Source: Escherichia coli (GTDB taxonomy: Bacteria; Pseudomonadota; Gammaproteobacteria; Enterobacterales; Enterobacteriaceae). From it: 64,000 nucleotides of DNA. Position numbers and translations under genes: made by a program. Where the stretch lies: NCBI RefSeq assembly GCF_048403405.1, contig NZ_CP183129.1; one strand, 5' to 3'. This document shows, in pieces, positions 39,731-52,427 of the stretch (position 1 is the first letter of the stretch; each line of letters opens with the position of its first letter). The notes beneath the pieces were generated by a model. The model saw nothing but the letters and a program-made list of their open reading frames with translations, searched no databases and was not told the origin of the DNA.

Positions 39731-41050
39731 TTAGTGAGCGCTGGAGGTCACCTGACGACCTGCCGCGCGATCCCAGATAATGGCCAGAACCACCATCACC
39801 ACTGTTGGCATTAACCACGCCAGACCTTGTTCGGCCAGCGGTAAACGCTGCGCCCAAGACGGTAAGATATCGCTGAATGCAGATGCTTTGATCCCGTCGA
39901 GAATACCAAAAAGCAGGCTGATAAACATCGGCGGAGCAATCACGCGGGACGAATTATGCCACCATGAGCGTGTAAAACTTAATACAACCAGTGCGATACA
40001 CGGCGGATAAATGGCGGTCAGCACCGGTACGGAGATCTGAATCAGCTGACTCAAGCCGAGGTTAGACACCACCATCGAGAAGCCGCCGAGGATAAACACC
40101 AGCGTACGATAAGAGAGCGGTACGTACTGGGCGAAGAATTCTGCACAAGCACAGGTCAGGCCAACTGCCGTGACCAGGCAGGCGATGAAGATTAACGCCG
40201 CCAGCAGGAAGCTACCGCCGCCGCCAAAGGTGTGCTGAACGTAAGCATGCAGAATAGCAGCGCCGTTTGCAGACTGATCGACCAGCGACGCGCTGTCTGA
40301 ACCCAGACGGAACAGCGCCAGGTACAGCAGAGTCAGACCGACACCCGCCATCAGGCCAGCCCAGACGGTATAACGGGTCAGCAGACGCGCTTCGGTAACG
40401 CCACGAGAACGCGCCGCGTTAACAATAACGATACCAAACACCATCGCGCCCAGCGTATCCATGGTCAGATAGCCGTTGACGAAGCCGTTAGAAAACGCAG
40501 CGTTTTGATAAGCCTCAGTCGCCGTGCTGATAGAACCCGCTGGCCAGACAATTGCGGCAACTGACAGGATGACCAGCGCGATAATTTTCAGCGGCGCAAG
40601 GAAGTTGCCCACGGTATCCAGCAGCTTGCCCGGATAGAGCGAAACCAGAATAACGATAGCGAAATAGACCAGGCTGTAGATAAACAGCGGCAGCGCGGAA
40701 TCACCCGTCAGCGGCGCAATCCCCACTTCAAAAGAAACGGTAGCTGTACGCGGCGTAGCGAAAAGCGGCCCCACCGCCAGGTAACACACCGTTGCCAGCA
40801 GTACGCCAGCGACTTTACCGATTGGCGTGCTGAGGCTGTCAACACCGCCGCCAACTTTTGCCAGCGCCACTACCGTTAATACCGGCAGGCCAACGGCAGT
40901 AATGAGGAAGCCGAATGCCGCAGTCCAGACGTGTTCGCCTGCCTGTAAGCCGACCATTGGAGGGAAAATAATGTTACCTGCGCCGACGAACAACGCAAAT
41001 GTCATAAAGCCCAGAGCGATGATATCGCGCGATCTTAATTGATGGGTCAT
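39731..41050 (-). CDS. brnQ: Branched-chain amino acid transport system II carrier BrnQ (439 aa)
   Basis: ORF 39731..41050; [42 protein letters not shown]... Confidence 0.95.
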   Translation of the reverse strand: MTHQLRSRDIIALGFMTFALFVGAGNIIFPPMVGLQAGEHVWTAAFGFLITAVGLPVLTVVALAKVGGGVDSLSTPIGKVAGVLLATVCYLAVGPLFATPRTATVSFEVGIAPLTGDSALPLFIYSLVYFAIVILVSLYPGKLLDTVGNFLAPLKIIALVILSVAAIVWPAGSISTATEAYQNAAFSNGFVNGYLTMDTLGAMVFGIVIVNAARSRGVTEARLLTRYTVWAGLMAGVGLTLLYLALFRLGSDSASLVDQSANGAAILHAYVQHTFGGGGSFLLAALIFIACLVTAVGLTCACAEFFAQYVPLSYRTLVFILGGFSMVVSNLGLSQLIQISVPVLTAIYPPCIALVVLSFTRSWWHNSSRVIAPPMFISLLFGILDGIKASAFSDILPSWAQRLPLAEQGLAWLMPTVVMVVLAIIWDRAAGRQVTSSAH

Positions 41051-41400
41051 AAATCATACTGCCTGTGGATGTGGTGTTGTAACGTTAAATTTTTGTGCCA
41101 ATCCCTGGGGATGATACAGCGGTATATTTAAACAATTTTAGCGGGAAATACTCCCAACCAGGCGCGGCGAAGAATAGTTTTTCGATTTACCGCGTGAATG
41201 CAGTCAGTATGACAGCACCTGAAGCGCAATTTAAACGCTTATAACGTTTTAAAGCAAGAAGGGATCTAAAAACCAGAGGTATATAGCGATAAGAAATCAC
41301 CAACCAGTATAAAACACTATTTCCGTGAAAAAGACATGGCTAATCATGCGAACAAAAAATCACCAACCGTTGTAAAATCTAACGCCCGTATTTTGACTGC

Positions 41401-41429
41401 AAAGAAAATAAGCCAGCATCGGCTGGCTT
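41401..41429 (-). terminator. Rho-independent terminator downstream of phoR
   Basis: aagccagc-atcg-gctggctt hairpin 28 nt after the phoR stop, followed on the minus strand by ATTTTCTTT. Confidence 0.7.
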
Positions 41430-41456
41430 ATGGCAATAAAAGATGACAAAGGCGGA

Positions 41457-42752
41457 TTAATCGCTGTTTTTGGCAATTAAACGTTCCGGGATAACAAAAC
41501 TGAAACGTGTTCCTTTTCCTACTGTACTCTCAATATTCAGGCGACTTTCGTGATGATTCACCGCATGTTTCACGATCGCTAACCCTAATCCGCTACCGCC
41601 GGTTTGCCGGGAACGCGCTTTATCAACGCGATAAAAACGCTCGGTCAGGCGCGGAATATGCTCCGGTGCAATGCCCGGTCCGTTATCTTCAACGCTAAAT
41701 TCGGCACCGTGCGGCACTCGCTGCCAGCGTACGGTGATATGCGTGCCTTCCGGCGTATGATTTACGGCGTTATAGACCAGGTTCGAAATCGCACTGCGTA
41801 GCTGATCTTCGTTGCCAGACACCTTGAGGCCGTTATCTATCTCAAAGGTAAATGTCTGTTTTTTCTGACTCAGAGTCTGAGCCTCGCGCTCAACAACGCG
41901 CAGCATCATCGGCACATCAACCTTTTCATTGAGCAAATGCGTCGGTGCGGCTTCTATTTTCGACAGCGTCAGCAATTGCTTCACCAGCCCTTCCATCCGC
42001 TGGGTCTGCTCGCGCATGGTGTGCAACGCTTTTTCACGTACCGCGCCTTCCAGCGGTTGCTCATCCATCATCTCCAGGTAACCCTGTAACACGGTCAATG
42101 GCGTACGTAACTCATGGCTCACGTTGGCAAAAAAGTTACGCCGCGCCCCTTCCAGTTGATGCATTTGCGTGACATCACGCGCCACCATCAGCAACTGTTT
42201 GTGGGTATAAGGCATGACGCGAATTTCCAGATGCCGCCCGGTGTTGAGCACCAGATTAAGCGGGCGAGAAAAATCACGCGTTTTCAGATATTGCGTAAAC
42301 TCCGGGTAACGCAGCAAGTTAAGGATGTTCTGCCCGTTATCTTCCGGCCAGCGCAAGCCAAGAATCTGTTGCGCCAGACCGTTGCACCAGAAAATACCGC
42401 CCTCTTCCGTGGTCAGCACCACCGCGTCGGGCAGCGACTCCGCGCCGCTACGAAAGCGTTTAATCAGATTGCCCAGTTCGCGGCGGCGTTTTTTATTTCG
42501 CAACTGCATCTGGTGTAATCCGTATAGCAGCGGTTCCCAGCTACCACGTCCCGGTGGCGGGGTCATACTACGATCCACCCACAGCCACCATGAAAGGCGC
42601 AATAAATTCCAGAAATGCCAGATAAGCAGTCCTGTTACCGATGCCAGCAAAAACCAGGGCAGGTAACCAAAAAATGCACCCAGGATGAAAGCCGGGAGGC
42701 AGCAAAGTAGCAGCTCCAGCACCAGCCTTTTCCACGACAGCCGTTCCAGCAC
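41457..42752 (-). CDS. phoR: Phosphate regulon sensor histidine kinase PhoR (431 aa)
   Basis: ORF 41457..42752; H-box ...[14 protein letters not shown]... and ATPase motifs. Confidence 0.95.
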   Translation of the reverse strand: MLERLSWKRLVLELLLCCLPAFILGAFFGYLPWFLLASVTGLLIWHFWNLLRLSWWLWVDRSMTPPPGRGSWEPLLYGLHQMQLRNKKRRRELGNLIKRFRSGAESLPDAVVLTTEEGGIFWCNGLAQQILGLRWPEDNGQNILNLLRYPEFTQYLKTRDFSRPLNLVLNTGRHLEIRVMPYTHKQLLMVARDVTQMHQLEGARRNFFANVSHELRTPLTVLQGYLEMMDEQPLEGAVREKALHTMREQTQRMEGLVKQLLTLSKIEAAPTHLLNEKVDVPMMLRVVEREAQTLSQKKQTFTFEIDNGLKVSGNEDQLRSAISNLVYNAVNHTPEGTHITVRWQRVPHGAEFSVEDNGPGIAPEHIPRLTERFYRVDKARSRQTGGSGLGLAIVKHAVNHHESRLNIESTVGKGTRFSFVIPERLIAKNSD

Positions 42753-42809
42753 GTAAGATACTCCAGTTAAGAATTCATAAGCCCTGCTCTGCGTCCGATG
42801 AGCAAGGCG

Positions 42810-43499
42810 TTAAAAGCGGGTTGAAAAACGATATCCTGTACCGCGCACGGTCTGCACCATGCGGTCATGCCCGCCGGGCTCCAGTGCTTTACGCAGGCGA
42901 CGAATGTGGACATCGACTGTACGATCTTCCACATACACGTTGGTTCCCCAGACGTGGTTTAACAGCTGCTCGCGGCTGTACACGCGCTCAGGATGCGTCA
43001 TAAAAAAGTGCAGCAGTTTAAATTCTGTCGGCCCCATCTCCAGCGGCTCTTCGCCCGCCATCACCCGGTGAGATGTCGGGTCGAGACTTAGTCCCTGCAT
43101 CTCAATCACCTCTTCCACCGCCATCGGCGAAATACGGCGCATTACCGCTTTGATTCGCGCCACCAGCTCCTTCGGCGAAAACGGCTTGGTGATATAGTCA
43201 TCCGCGCCGGTTTCAAGGCCGCGCACGCGATCTTCTTCTTCCCCTCTGGCGGTCAACATCACCACTGGAATATCCCGGGTCATCGACTCGCGCTTGAGGT
43301 GTTTGATGAACTGGATACCGGAGCCGCCAGGTAACATCCAGTCAAGGAGAATTAAATCCGGCCAGGGTTCATTCAGTTGATTCACAGCACTGTCATAATC
43401 TTCCGCTTCGACCGGCTGAAAGCCATTTTGTTCGAGCACGAAGCAGACCATTTCGCGAATTGGTGCTTCATCTTCTACGACCAGAATACGTCTCGCCAT
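42810..43499 (-). CDS. phoB: Phosphate regulon response regulator PhoB (229 aa)
   Basis: ORF 42810..43499; [39 protein letters not shown]... Confidence 0.95.
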
Positions 43500-43552
43500 G
43501 ATTTGCCCTGTTGTAATAAATAGGTTGCGATCATTAATGCGACGTCATTATG

Positions 43553-43582
43553 CGTCAGATTTATGACAGATTTATGAAAAGC
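43553..43582 (-). promoter_or_regulatory. Pho box of the phoB promoter
   Basis: Reverse complement reads GCTTTTCATAAATCTGTCATAAATCTGACG, which matches the phoB promoter Pho box (tandem CTGTCAT-type repeats) as I recall it. Confidence 0.8.
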
Positions 43583-43688
43583 TCGTCGCACATATCTTCA
43601 GGTTATTGATTTCCGTGGCGCAGAAAAAAGCAAATGGCACATCTGTTTGGGTATAATCGCGCCCATGCTTTTTCGCCAGGGAACCGTT

Positions 43689-44891
43689 ATGCGCATCCTT
43701 CACACCTCAGACTGGCATCTCGGCCAGAACTTCTACAGTAAAAGCCGCGAAGCTGAACATCAGGCTTTTCTTGACTGGCTGCTGGAGACAGTACAAACCC
43801 ATCAGGTGGATGCGATTATTGTTGCCGGTGATGTTTTCGATACCGGCTCGCCCCCCAGTTACGCCCGCACGTTATACAACCGTTTTGTTGTCAATTTACA
43901 GCAAACTGGCTGTCATCTGGTGGTACTGGCAGGAAACCATGACTCGGTCGCCACGCTGAATGAATCGCGCGATATCATGGCGTTCCTCAATACGACCGTG
44001 GTCGCCAGCGCCGGACATGCGCCGCAAATCTTGCCTCGTCGCGACGGGACGCCAGGCGCAGTGCTGTGCCCTATTCCGTTTTTACGCCCACGTGACATTA
44101 TTACCAGCCAGGCGGGGCTTAACGGTATTGAAAAACAGCAGCATTTGCTGGCGGCTATTACTGATTATTATCAACAACATTATGCCGATGCCTGCAAACT
44201 GCGCGGCGATCAGCCTCTGCCCATCATCGCCACGGGACATTTAACGACCGTGGGTGCCAGTAAAAGTGACGCCGTGCGTGACATTTATATTGGCACGCTG
44301 GACGCGTTTCCGGCACAAAACTTTCCACCAGCCGACTACATCGCGCTCGGGCATATTCACCGCGCGCAGATTATTGGCGGCATGGAACATGTTCGCTATT
44401 GCGGTTCCCCCATACCACTGAGTTTTGATGAATGCGGTAAGAGTAAATATGTCCATCTGGTGACATTTTCAAACGGCAAATTAGAGAGCGTGGAAAACCT
44501 GAACGTACCGGTAACGCAACCCATGGCGGTGCTGAAAGGCGATCTGGCGTCGATTACCGAACAGCTGGAACAGTGGCGCGATGTATCACAGGAGCCACCT
44601 GTCTGGCTGGATATCGAAATCACTACTGATGAGTATCTGCATGATATTCAGCGCAAAATCCAGGCATTAACCGAATCATTGCCTGTCGAAGTATTGCTGG
44701 TACGCCGGAGTCGTGAACAGCGCGAGCGAGTGTTAGCCAGCCAACAGCGTGAAACCCTCAGCGAACTCAGCGTCGAAGAGGTGTTCAATCGCTGTCTGGC
44801 ACTGGAAGAACTGGATGAATCGCAGCAGCAACGTCTGCAGCATCTTTTCACCACGACGTTGCATACCCTCGCCGGAGAACACGAAGCATGA
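43689..44891 (+). CDS. sbcD: SbcCD nuclease subunit SbcD (400 aa)
   Basis: Internal ATG at 43689 of ORF 43647..44891 ([24 protein letters not shown]...); Mre11-like phosphoesterase motifs. Confidence 0.93.
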   Translation: MRILHTSDWHLGQNFYSKSREAEHQAFLDWLLETVQTHQVDAIIVAGDVFDTGSPPSYARTLYNRFVVNLQQTGCHLVVLAGNHDSVATLNESRDIMAFLNTTVVASAGHAPQILPRRDGTPGAVLCPIPFLRPRDIITSQAGLNGIEKQQHLLAAITDYYQQHYADACKLRGDQPLPIIATGHLTTVGASKSDAVRDIYIGTLDAFPAQNFPPADYIALGHIHRAQIIGGMEHVRYCGSPIPLSFDECGKSKYVHLVTFSNGKLESVENLNVPVTQPMAVLKGDLASITEQLEQWRDVSQEPPVWLDIEITTDEYLHDIQRKIQALTESLPVEVLLVRRSREQRERVLASQQRETLSELSVEEVFNRCLALEELDESQQQRLQHLFTTTLHTLAGEHEA

Positions 44892-47800
44892 AAATTCTCA
44901 GCCTGCGCCTGAAAAACCTGAACTCATTAAAAGGCGAATGGAAGATTGATTTCACCCGCGAGCCGTTCGCCAGCAACGGGCTGTTTGCCATTACCGGCCC
45001 AACCGGTGCGGGGAAAACCACCCTGCTGGACGCCATTTGTCTGGCGCTGTATCACGAAACTCCGCGCCTTTCTAACGTTTCACAATCGCAAAATGATCTC
45101 ATGACCCGCGATACCGCCGAATGTCTGGCGGAAGTGGAGTTTGAAGTCAAAGGTGAAGCGTACCGTGCATTCTGGAGCCAGAATCGGGCGCGTAACCAGC
45201 CGGACGGTAATTTGCAGGTGCCACGCGTAGAGCTGGCGCGCTGCGCCGATGGCAAAATTCTCGCCGACAAAGTGAAAGATAAGCTGGAACTGACGGCGAC
45301 GTTAACCGGACTGGATTACGGGCGCTTCACCCGTTCGATGCTGCTTTCGCAGGGGCAATTTGCTGCCTTCCTGAATGCCAAACCCAAAGAACGCGCGGAA
45401 TTGCTCGAGGAGTTAACTGGCACTGAAATCTACGGGCAAATCTCGGCGATGGTTTTTGAGCAGCACAAATTAGCCCGCACAGAGCTGGAGAAGCTGCAAG
45501 CGCAGGCCAGCGGCGTCGCGTTGCTCACGCCAGAACAAGTGCAATCGCTGACAGCGAGTTTGCAGGTACTTACTGACGAAGAAAAACAGTTACTTACCGC
45601 GCAGCAGCAAGAACAACAATCACTAAACTGGTTAACGCGTCTGGACGAATTGCAGCAAGAAGCCAGCCGCCGTCAACAGGCCTTGCAACAGGCGTTAGCC
45701 GTAGAAGAAAAAGCGCAACCTCAACTGGCGGCGCTCAGTCTGGCACAACCGGCACGAAATCTTCGTCCGCACTGGGAACGCATCGCAGAACACAGCGCGG
45801 CGCTGGCGCATACTCGCCAGCAGATTGAAGAAGTAAATACTCGCTTACAGAGCACAATGGCGCTTCGCGCGAGCATTCGCCACCACGCGGCGAAGCAGTC
45901 AGCAGAATTACAGCAGCAGCAACAAAGTCTGAATGCCTGGTTACAGGAACACGACCGCTTCCGTCAGTGGAACAACGAACTGGCGGGTTGGCGTGCGCAG
46001 TTCTCCCAACAAACCAGCGATCGCGAGCATCTGCGGCAATGGCAGCAACAGTTAACCCATGCAGAGCAAAAACTTAATGCGCTTGCGGCGATCACGTTGA
46101 CGTTAACCGCCGATGAAGTTGCTAGCGCCCTGGCGCAACATGCTGAGCAACGCCCACTGCGTCAGCGCCTGGTCGCGCTGCATGGACAGATTGTTCCCCA
46201 ACAAAAACGCCTGGCGCAATTACAGGTCACTATCCAGAATGTCACGCAAGAACAGACGCAACGTAACGCCGCACTTAACGAAATGCGCCAGCGTTATAAA
46301 GAAAAGACGCAGCAACTTGCCGATGTGAAAACCATTTGCGAGCAGGAAGCGCGCATCAAAACGCTGGAAGCTCAACGTGCACAGTTACAGGCGGGTCAGC
46401 CTTGTCCACTTTGTGGTTCCACCAGCCACCCGGCGGTCGAGGCGTATCAGGCGCTGGAGCCTGGCGTTAATCAGTCTCGATTACTGGCGCTGGAAAACGA
46501 AGTTAAAAAGCTCGGTGAAGAAGGTGCGACGCTACGTGGGCAACTGGATGCATTAACGAAGCAGCTTCAGCGCGATGAAAACGAAGCGCAAAGCCTCCGA
46601 CAAGATGAGCAAGCACTTACTCAACAATGGCAAGCCGTCACGGCCAGCCTCAATATCACCTTGCAGCCACAGGACGATATTCAACCGTGGCTGGATGCAC
46701 AAGATGAGCACGAACGCCAGCTGCGGTTACTCAGCCAACGGCATGAATTACAAGGGCAGATTGCCGCGCATAATCAGCAAATTATCCAGTATCAACAGCA
46801 AATTGAACAACGCCAGCAGCAGCTCTTAACGGCATTGGCGGGTTATGCGCTGACATTGCCACAGGAAGATGAAGAAGAGAGCTGGTTGGCGACGCGTCAG
46901 CAAGAAGCGCAGAGCTGGCAGCAACGCCAGAACGAATTAACCGCGCTGCAAAACCGTATTCAGCAACTGACGCCGATTCTGGAAACGTTGCCGCAAAGTG
47001 ATGAACTCCCGCACTGCGAAGAAACTGTGGTACTGGAAAACTGGCGGCAGGTACATGAACAATGTCTCGCACTACACAGCCAGCAACAGACGTTACAGCA
47101 ACAGGACGTTCTGGCGGCGCAAAGTCTGCAAAAAGCCCAGGCGCAGTTTGACACCGCGCTACAGGACAGCATTTTTGACGATCAGCAGGCATTTCTTGCG
47201 GCGTTAATGGATGAGCAGACGCTAACGCAGCTGGAACAGCTGAAACAGAATCTGGAAAACCAGCGTCGTCAGGCGCAAGCGTTGGCCATTCAGACAGCTG
47301 AAACGCTGGCACAGCATCAGCAACACCGACCTGACGGCCTGGATCTCAGTGTGACGGTGGAGCAGATTCAGCAAGAGTTAGCGCAAACTCAGCAAAAGTT
47401 GCGTGAAAACACCACCAGTCAGGGCGAGATTCGCCAGCAGCTGAAGCAGGATGCAGACAACCGTCAGCAACAACAAACCTTAATGCAGCAAATTGCTCAA
47501 ATGACGCAGCAGGTTGAGGACTGGGGATATCTGAATTCGCTAATAGGTTCCAAAGAGGGCGATAAATTCCGCAAGTTTGCCCAGGGGCTGACGCTGGATA
47601 ATTTAGTCCATCTCGCTAATCAGCAACTTACCCGGCTGCACGGGCGCTATCTGTTACAGCGCAAAGCCAGCGAGGCGCTGGAAGTCGAGGTTGTTGATAC
47701 CTGGCAGGCAGATGCGGTACGCGATACCCGTACCCTTTCTGGCGGCGAAAGTTTCCTCGTCAGTCTGGCGCTGGCACTGGCGCTTTCAGATCTGGTCAGC

Positions 47801-48031
47801 CATAAAACGCGTATTGACTCGCTGTTCCTTGATGAAGGTTTTGGCACGCTGGATAGCGAAACGCTGGATACCGCCCTTGATGCGCTGGATGCCCTGAACG
47901 CCAGCGGCAAAACCATCGGTGTGATTAGCCACGTAGAAGCGATGAAAGAGCGTATTCCGGTGCAGATCAAAGTGAAAAAGATCAACGGCCTGGGCTACAG
48001 CAAACTGGAAAGTATGTTTGCAGTGAAATAA
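44888..48031 (+). CDS. sbcC: SbcCD nuclease ATPase subunit SbcC (1047 aa)
   Basis: ORF 44888..48031; start overlaps the sbcD stop (ATGA); Walker [10 protein letters not shown], long Gln-rich coiled coil with a CPLCGS zinc hook, C-terminal signature [15 protein letters not shown]. Confidence 0.95.
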   Translation: MKILSLRLKNLNSLKGEWKIDFTREPFASNGLFAITGPTGAGKTTLLDAICLALYHETPRLSNVSQSQNDLMTRDTAECLAEVEFEVKGEAYRAFWSQNRARNQPDGNLQVPRVELARCADGKILADKVKDKLELTATLTGLDYGRFTRSMLLSQGQFAAFLNAKPKERAELLEELTGTEIYGQISAMVFEQHKLARTELEKLQAQASGVALLTPEQVQSLTASLQVLTDEEKQLLTAQQQEQQSLNWLTRLDELQQEASRRQQALQQALAVEEKAQPQLAALSLAQPARNLRPHWERIAEHSAALAHTRQQIEEVNTRLQSTMALRASIRHHAAKQSAELQQQQQSLNAWLQEHDRFRQWNNELAGWRAQFSQQTSDREHLRQWQQQLTHAEQKLNALAAITLTLTADEVASALAQHAEQRPLRQRLVALHGQIVPQQKRLAQLQVTIQNVTQEQTQRNAALNEMRQRYKEKTQQLADVKTICEQEARIKTLEAQRAQLQAGQPCPLCGSTSHPAVEAYQALEPGVNQSRLLALENEVKKLGEEGATLRGQLDALTKQLQRDENEAQSLRQDEQALTQQWQAVTASLNITLQPQDDIQPWLDAQDEHERQLRLLSQRHELQGQIAAHNQQIIQYQQQIEQRQQQLLTALAGYALTLPQEDEEESWLATRQQEAQSWQQRQNELTALQNRIQQLTPILETLPQSDELPHCEETVVLENWRQVHEQCLALHSQQQTLQQQDVLAAQSLQKAQAQFDTALQDSIFDDQQAFLAALMDEQTLTQLEQLKQNLENQRRQAQALAIQTAETLAQHQQHRPDGLDLSVTVEQIQQELAQTQQKLRENTTSQGEIRQQLKQDADNRQQQQTLMQQIAQMTQQVEDWGYLNSLIGSKEGDKFRKFAQGLTLDNLVHLANQQLTRLHGRYLLQRKASEALEVEVVDTWQADAVRDTRTLSGGESFLVSLALALALSDLVSHKTRIDSLFLDEGFGTLDSETLDTALDALDALNASGKTIGVISHVEAMKERIPVQIKVKKINGLGYSKLESMFAVK

Positions 48032-48156
48032 CTATTCAGCAGGATAATGAATACAGAGGGGCGAATTATCTCTTGGCCTTGCTGGTCGTTATCCTGCAAG
48101 CTATCACTTTATTGGCTACGGTGATTGGTAGCCGTTCTGGTGGTTGTGATGGTGGT

Positions 48157-49341
48157 ATGAAAAAAGTCATTTTATCTTTGGCTCTGGGCACGTTTGGTTT
48201 GGGGATGGCCGAATTTGGCATTATGGGCGTGCTCACGGAGCTGGCGCATAACGTAGGAATTTCAATTCCTGCTGCCGGGCATATGATCTCGTATTATGCG
48301 CTGGGGGTGGTGGTCGGTGCGCCAATCATCGCACTCTTTTCCAGCCGCTACTCACTCAAACATATCTTATTGTTTCTGGTGGCGTTGTGCGTCATTGGCA
48401 ACGCCATGTTCACGCTCTCTTCGTCTTACCTGATGCTCGCCATTGGTCGGCTGGTTTCCGGCTTTCCGCATGGTGCATTTTTTGGCGTCGGCGCGATCGT
48501 GTTATCGAAAATTATCAAACCCGGCAAAGTCACCGCCGCCGTGGCGGGGATGGTTTCCGGGATGACAGTCGCCAATTTGCTGGGCATTCCGCTGGGAACG
48601 TATTTAAGTCAGGAATTTAGCTGGCGTTACACCTTTTTATTGATCGCTGTTTTTAATATTGCGGTGATGGCATCGGTCTATTTTTGGGTGCCGGATATTC
48701 GCGACGAGGCGAAAGGGAAGCTACGCGAACAATTTCACTTTTTGCGCAGCCCGGCCCCGTGGTTAATTTTCGCCGCCACCATGTTTGGCAACGCAGGTGT
48801 GTTTGCCTGGTTCAGCTACGTAAAGCCATACATGATGTTTATTTCCGGTTTTTCGGAAACGGCGATGACTTTTATTATGATGTTAGTTGGGCTAGGGATG
48901 GTGCTGGGGAATGTGCTAAGTGGCCGGATTTCAGGACGTTATTCACCACTGCGCATTGCGGCAGTAACTGACTTTATTATTGTGCTGGCACTGCTGATGC
49001 TCTTTTTCTTCGGCGGCATGAAAACAACGTCGCTTATTTTTGCATTTTTTTGTTGCGCGGGATTATTTGCCCTTTCAGCACCACTGCAAATATTGTTACT
49101 GCAAAATGCCAAAGGCGGAGAGTTATTAGGTGCCGCAGGTGGGCAAATAGCGTTTAACCTCGGTAGCGCCGTCGGCGCATATTGCGGTGGTATGATGCTG
49201 ACGCTGGGGCTGGCATATAATTACGTGGCGCTGCCTGCCGCCCTGCTTTCGTTTGCTGCGATGTCGTCATTGCTGCTGTATGGTCGCTATAAGCGCCAGC
49301 AAGCGGCGGATAGTCCGGTGCTGGCGAAACCACTGGGGTAG
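48157..49341 (+). CDS. araJ: MFS transporter AraJ (394 aa)
   Basis: Internal ATG at 48157 of ORF 48073..49341 (MKKVILSLALGTFGLGMAEFGIMGVL...). Confidence 0.9.
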   Translation: MKKVILSLALGTFGLGMAEFGIMGVLTELAHNVGISIPAAGHMISYYALGVVVGAPIIALFSSRYSLKHILLFLVALCVIGNAMFTLSSSYLMLAIGRLVSGFPHGAFFGVGAIVLSKIIKPGKVTAAVAGMVSGMTVANLLGIPLGTYLSQEFSWRYTFLLIAVFNIAVMASVYFWVPDIRDEAKGKLREQFHFLRSPAPWLIFAATMFGNAGVFAWFSYVKPYMMFISGFSETAMTFIMMLVGLGMVLGNVLSGRISGRYSPLRIAAVTDFIIVLALLMLFFFGGMKTTSLIFAFFCCAGLFALSAPLQILLLQNAKGGELLGAAGGQIAFNLGSAVGAYCGGMMLTLGLAYNYVALPAALLSFAAMSSLLLYGRYKRQQAADSPVLAKPLG

Positions 49342-49367
49342 ATTGCAGTCACGGTGCACGTTGCTTA

Positions 49368-49468
49368 TTGCCGGATGCGGCGTGAACGCCTTATCGGCCT
49401 ACGGTTCCGGCACATTTTGCAGGCCTGATAAGATGCGGCAAGCGTCGCATCAGGCATGATACGCCAAT
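49368..49468. repeat. Pair of REP elements (BIME-like) between araJ and mak
   Basis: tgccggatgcggcgtgaacgccttatcggcctac and caggcctgataagatgcggcaagcgtcgcatcaggcat, canonical REP palindromes in opposite orientation. Confidence 0.8.
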
Positions 49469-49480
49469 TGCCTGGTTTTT

Positions 49481-50389
49481 TTACTCTTGTGGCCATAACC
49501 ATGCAGCGCCGCGTACGCCGCTCGAATCACCATGTTTCGCCTTGCGTACCGGCGTTTCACATTCTCCGCCGAAGACAAATTGTTTAATCAACTGCGGAAC
49601 CGTTTGATATAAACGGTCTACATTGCTCATTCCGCCGCCCAGGACAATCACATCCGGATCGAGAATATTCACGACATGTGCCAGCGATTTTGCCAGCCGC
49701 AGCTCGTAGCGACGCAATGCCAGTTCCGCTACCGGATCGCTTTCTTCTACCAGGCGGATAATTTCACTGCCTTTCAGCGCATGTCCGCTCAAACGACGAT
49801 AATCCGTCGCGAATCCCGTGCCCGAAATAAAGGTTTCAATACAACCTTGTTTACCGCAATAACAAGGGACTTCCTCGCGATAACGCAGTTCGTCTTCGTC
49901 CATCCACGGTAGCGGATTGTGTCCCCACTCACCTGCCGTGCCATTGCCGCCGATATGCGCCCGCCCATTGAATGCCACGCCCGCGCCGCATCCCGTGCCG
50001 ATAATCACGGCAAATACCGTCTGCGCTCCCGCTGCCGCACCATCTACTGCTTCTGAAACCGCCAGACAGTTGGCGTCATTTGCCAACCGTACTTCCCGCT
50101 GCAACCGCGCGCTTAAGTCTTTATCGAATGGCTGACCGTTGAGCCAGGTTGAATTGGCATTCTTCACCACACCGGTGTAGGGCGAAATCGAACCTGGAAT
50201 GCCCATACCTACCGTTCCGCGCTGCCCTGTCGCCTGCTCCGCCATATCAACCAACGTGGCGATCGTTTCAATAGTCTGCTGGTAATCATCACGCGGCGTG
50301 GGCAGACGATGGCGGTACAACTGCTCCCCTGCATCGCCCAGTGCAATCACTTCAGTTTTGGTGCCGCCTAAATCGATACCTATACGCAC
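49481..50389 (-). CDS. mak: Fructokinase / manno(fructo)kinase Mak (302 aa)
   Basis: GTG start at 50389 within ORF 49481..50527 ([19 protein letters not shown]...); ROK-family motifs. Confidence 0.9.
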   Translation of the reverse strand: MRIGIDLGGTKTEVIALGDAGEQLYRHRLPTPRDDYQQTIETIATLVDMAEQATGQRGTVGMGIPGSISPYTGVVKNANSTWLNGQPFDKDLSARLQREVRLANDANCLAVSEAVDGAAAGAQTVFAVIIGTGCGAGVAFNGRAHIGGNGTAGEWGHNPLPWMDEDELRYREEVPCYCGKQGCIETFISGTGFATDYRRLSGHALKGSEIIRLVEESDPVAELALRRYELRLAKSLAHVVNILDPDVIVLGGGMSNVDRLYQTVPQLIKQFVFGGECETPVRKAKHGDSSGVRGAAWLWPQE

Positions 50390-50513
50390 GGTACTCTCCT
50401 TATTTTTTTCAATATCAATAGCGTAGAGACGGACAACCGGATTGGCAATGCAAGGCCGCCGACAATTCGTTATCATGCCCGCTAAATTTAACGACAAGGC
50501 CGTGGAAATTATC

Positions 50514-51425
50514 ATGCTGTGGTTCAAAAATTTAATGGTTTACCGTCTTAGCCGCGAGATTTCGCTGCGTGCAGAAGAGATGGAAAAACAGCTAGCCTCG
50601 ATGGCATTTACCCCATGCGGCAGCCAGGACATGGCGAAGATGGGCTGGGTTCCTCCGATGGGATCGCACAGCGATGCGTTAACGCACGTTGCCAATGGTC
50701 AAATTGTTATCTGCGCGCGCAAAGAAGAAAAAATCCTCCCGTCTCCGGTGATTAAACAGGCGCTGGAAGCGAAAATCTCCAAACTGGAAGCGGAACAGGC
50801 GCGTAAGCTGAAGAAAACCGAAAAAGATTCGCTGAAAGACGAAGTGCTGCATTCTCTGCTGCCGCGTGCTTTCAGCCGTTTTAGCCAGACAATGATGTGG
50901 ATCGACACGGTTAACGGTTTGATTATGGTGGACTGCGCCAGTGCCAAAAAAGCGGAAGATACGCTGGCACTGCTGCGTAAAAGCCTGGGGTCGTTACCGG
51001 TTGTACCATTGAGCATGGAAAACCCGATTGAACTGACGCTGACCGAATGGGTACGTTCCGGCAGCGCGGCACAGGGCTTCCAGCTGCTTGATGAAGCCGA
51101 GCTGAAATCGTTGCTGGAAGATGGCGGCGTGATCCGCGCGAAGAAACAAGATCTGACCAGCGAAGAGATCACCAACCACATTGAAGCCGGAAAAGTGGTG
51201 ACTAAACTGGCGCTCGACTGGCAGCAGCGCATTCAGTTTGTGATGTGCGACGATGGTTCGCTCAAGCGTCTGAAGTTCTGCGACGAGCTGCGCGATCAAA
51301 ACGAAGATATCGACCGTGAAGATTTCGCCCAGCGTTTTGATGCCGATTTCATCCTGATGACTGGTGAACTGGCAGCGTTAATTCAAAACCTGATTGAAGG
51401 ATTAGGTGGCGAAGCACAACGTTAA
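50514..51425 (+). CDS. rdgC: Recombination-associated protein RdgC (303 aa)
   Basis: Internal ATG at 50514 of ORF 50442..51425 ([29 protein letters not shown]...). Confidence 0.93.
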   Translation: MLWFKNLMVYRLSREISLRAEEMEKQLASMAFTPCGSQDMAKMGWVPPMGSHSDALTHVANGQIVICARKEEKILPSPVIKQALEAKISKLEAEQARKLKKTEKDSLKDEVLHSLLPRAFSRFSQTMMWIDTVNGLIMVDCASAKKAEDTLALLRKSLGSLPVVPLSMENPIELTLTEWVRSGSAAQGFQLLDEAELKSLLEDGGVIRAKKQDLTSEEITNHIEAGKVVTKLALDWQQRIQFVMCDDGSLKRLKFCDELRDQNEDIDREDFAQRFDADFILMTGELAALIQNLIEGLGGEAQR

Positions 51426-51440
51426 TTGCTGATTTACCTT

Positions 51441-51477
51441 TAATGCCGGATGCGACGCCTGCCGCGTCTTATCCGGC
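51441..51477. repeat. REP element downstream of rdgC
   Basis: gccggatgcgacgcctgccgcgtcttatccggc palindrome. Confidence 0.7.
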
Positions 51478-51582
51478 GTGCGAAGCTACACCAGGCATAT
51501 AATTATTCGCTACGGCGGGCAATAATTTTTAGCGCAGCAATATTATGCGTTTTATGCTGTAACTTGCTCCAGGGGCGTTGTG

Positions 51583-51864
51583 TCATTGTTTTTCCTCAAG
51601 CCGGTGACGCGCTTCACTGCGAATTTTTCGCGTTGCCCCGGTTTTCACTAAATCACGTAACAGCGAAAGATCGGGTTGTTCGACAAATAAGAGTAATGAT
51701 GGATCCTCTTTTAACCACGCCGTTTTCACATCGGCAGCCAGCTGTGAATTATTAATAGCCAGCGACCGCTCCTGAGGCTCAGTCAATGTCGTTAACAACA
51801 ACACCGGGGTATGTGCGTTGTGCAATGCCGTTTGGCGCAAATGATCATTGCGACTTTGCAGCAA
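51583..51864 (-). CDS. Hypothetical small protein (93 aa), possibly the ykiA-position ORF between rdgC and ppnP
   Basis: ORF 51583..51864 in the position where K-12 has a small gene, as I recall; no recognisable motif. Weak call. Confidence 0.3.
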   Translation of the reverse strand: MLQSRNDHLRQTALHNAHTPVLLLTTLTEPQERSLAINNSQLAADVKTAWLKEDPSLLLFVEQPDLSLLRDLVKTGATRKIRSEARHRLEEKQ

Positions 51865-52071
51865 TGCACGCCACCATTCATCATCTGATTTATCTTTTAT
51901 CGTCGCCAGTTCCGCAACAATATCTGGAGATCTTCGCTGATATTTATATCAACCTTGATGAATTATGAATATATCGGAAATCGAAAAAATCCCAGCAAAG
52001 GAAATATTATTATGGGTTAAAGAGAGGACATTTCAGATAAATGCCCTCCCGTTCAAGGGGAAGGCGAGGAA

Positions 52072-52356
52072 TTACAGATAGCGGCACAGATAAGAGGTGG
52101 GTTCGGCAACTTGCAGATGAAACTCGCTGTGACCGGGAACATTAAACACCGAACCGGCTTCATACACTTGCCAGTCGGTCGCGTCAGGCAGTAACACATT
52201 CAGCGCGCCACTGATTACCGTCATCTCTTCAGGCTCAGCGGTGCTGAAGGTGTATTCACCTTCAACCATAACACCCACGCTGGCGCGACCAGTGCTGCTG
52301 CTGGAAAAGCCGATCGATTTCACTTTGCCGGAAAAGTACTCATTACTTTGAAGCAT
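52072..52356 (-). CDS. ppnP: Pyrimidine/purine nucleoside phosphorylase PpnP (YaiE, 94 aa)
   Basis: ORF 52072..52356; [30 protein letters not shown]... Confidence 0.92.
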
Positions 52357-52427
52357 AAACTGGCCCTGTCTGGTAGTTGAACATCTACTTCACTATAGGG
52401 GCCAGAGGCGCTGGCTGTCACGCAAAA

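Noticed and set aside
46782-47312. 176-aa ORF on the minus strand inside sbcC
   Set aside because: Antisense to the sbcC coiled-coil region; repetitive Ala/Gln-rich coding sequence gives long open antisense frames by chance.
45500-47500. Gln-rich repetitive coding sequence in sbcC
   Set aside because: Expected for the SMC-like coiled-coil arms of SbcC (with the CPLCGS zinc hook); not a repeat array or CRISPR.
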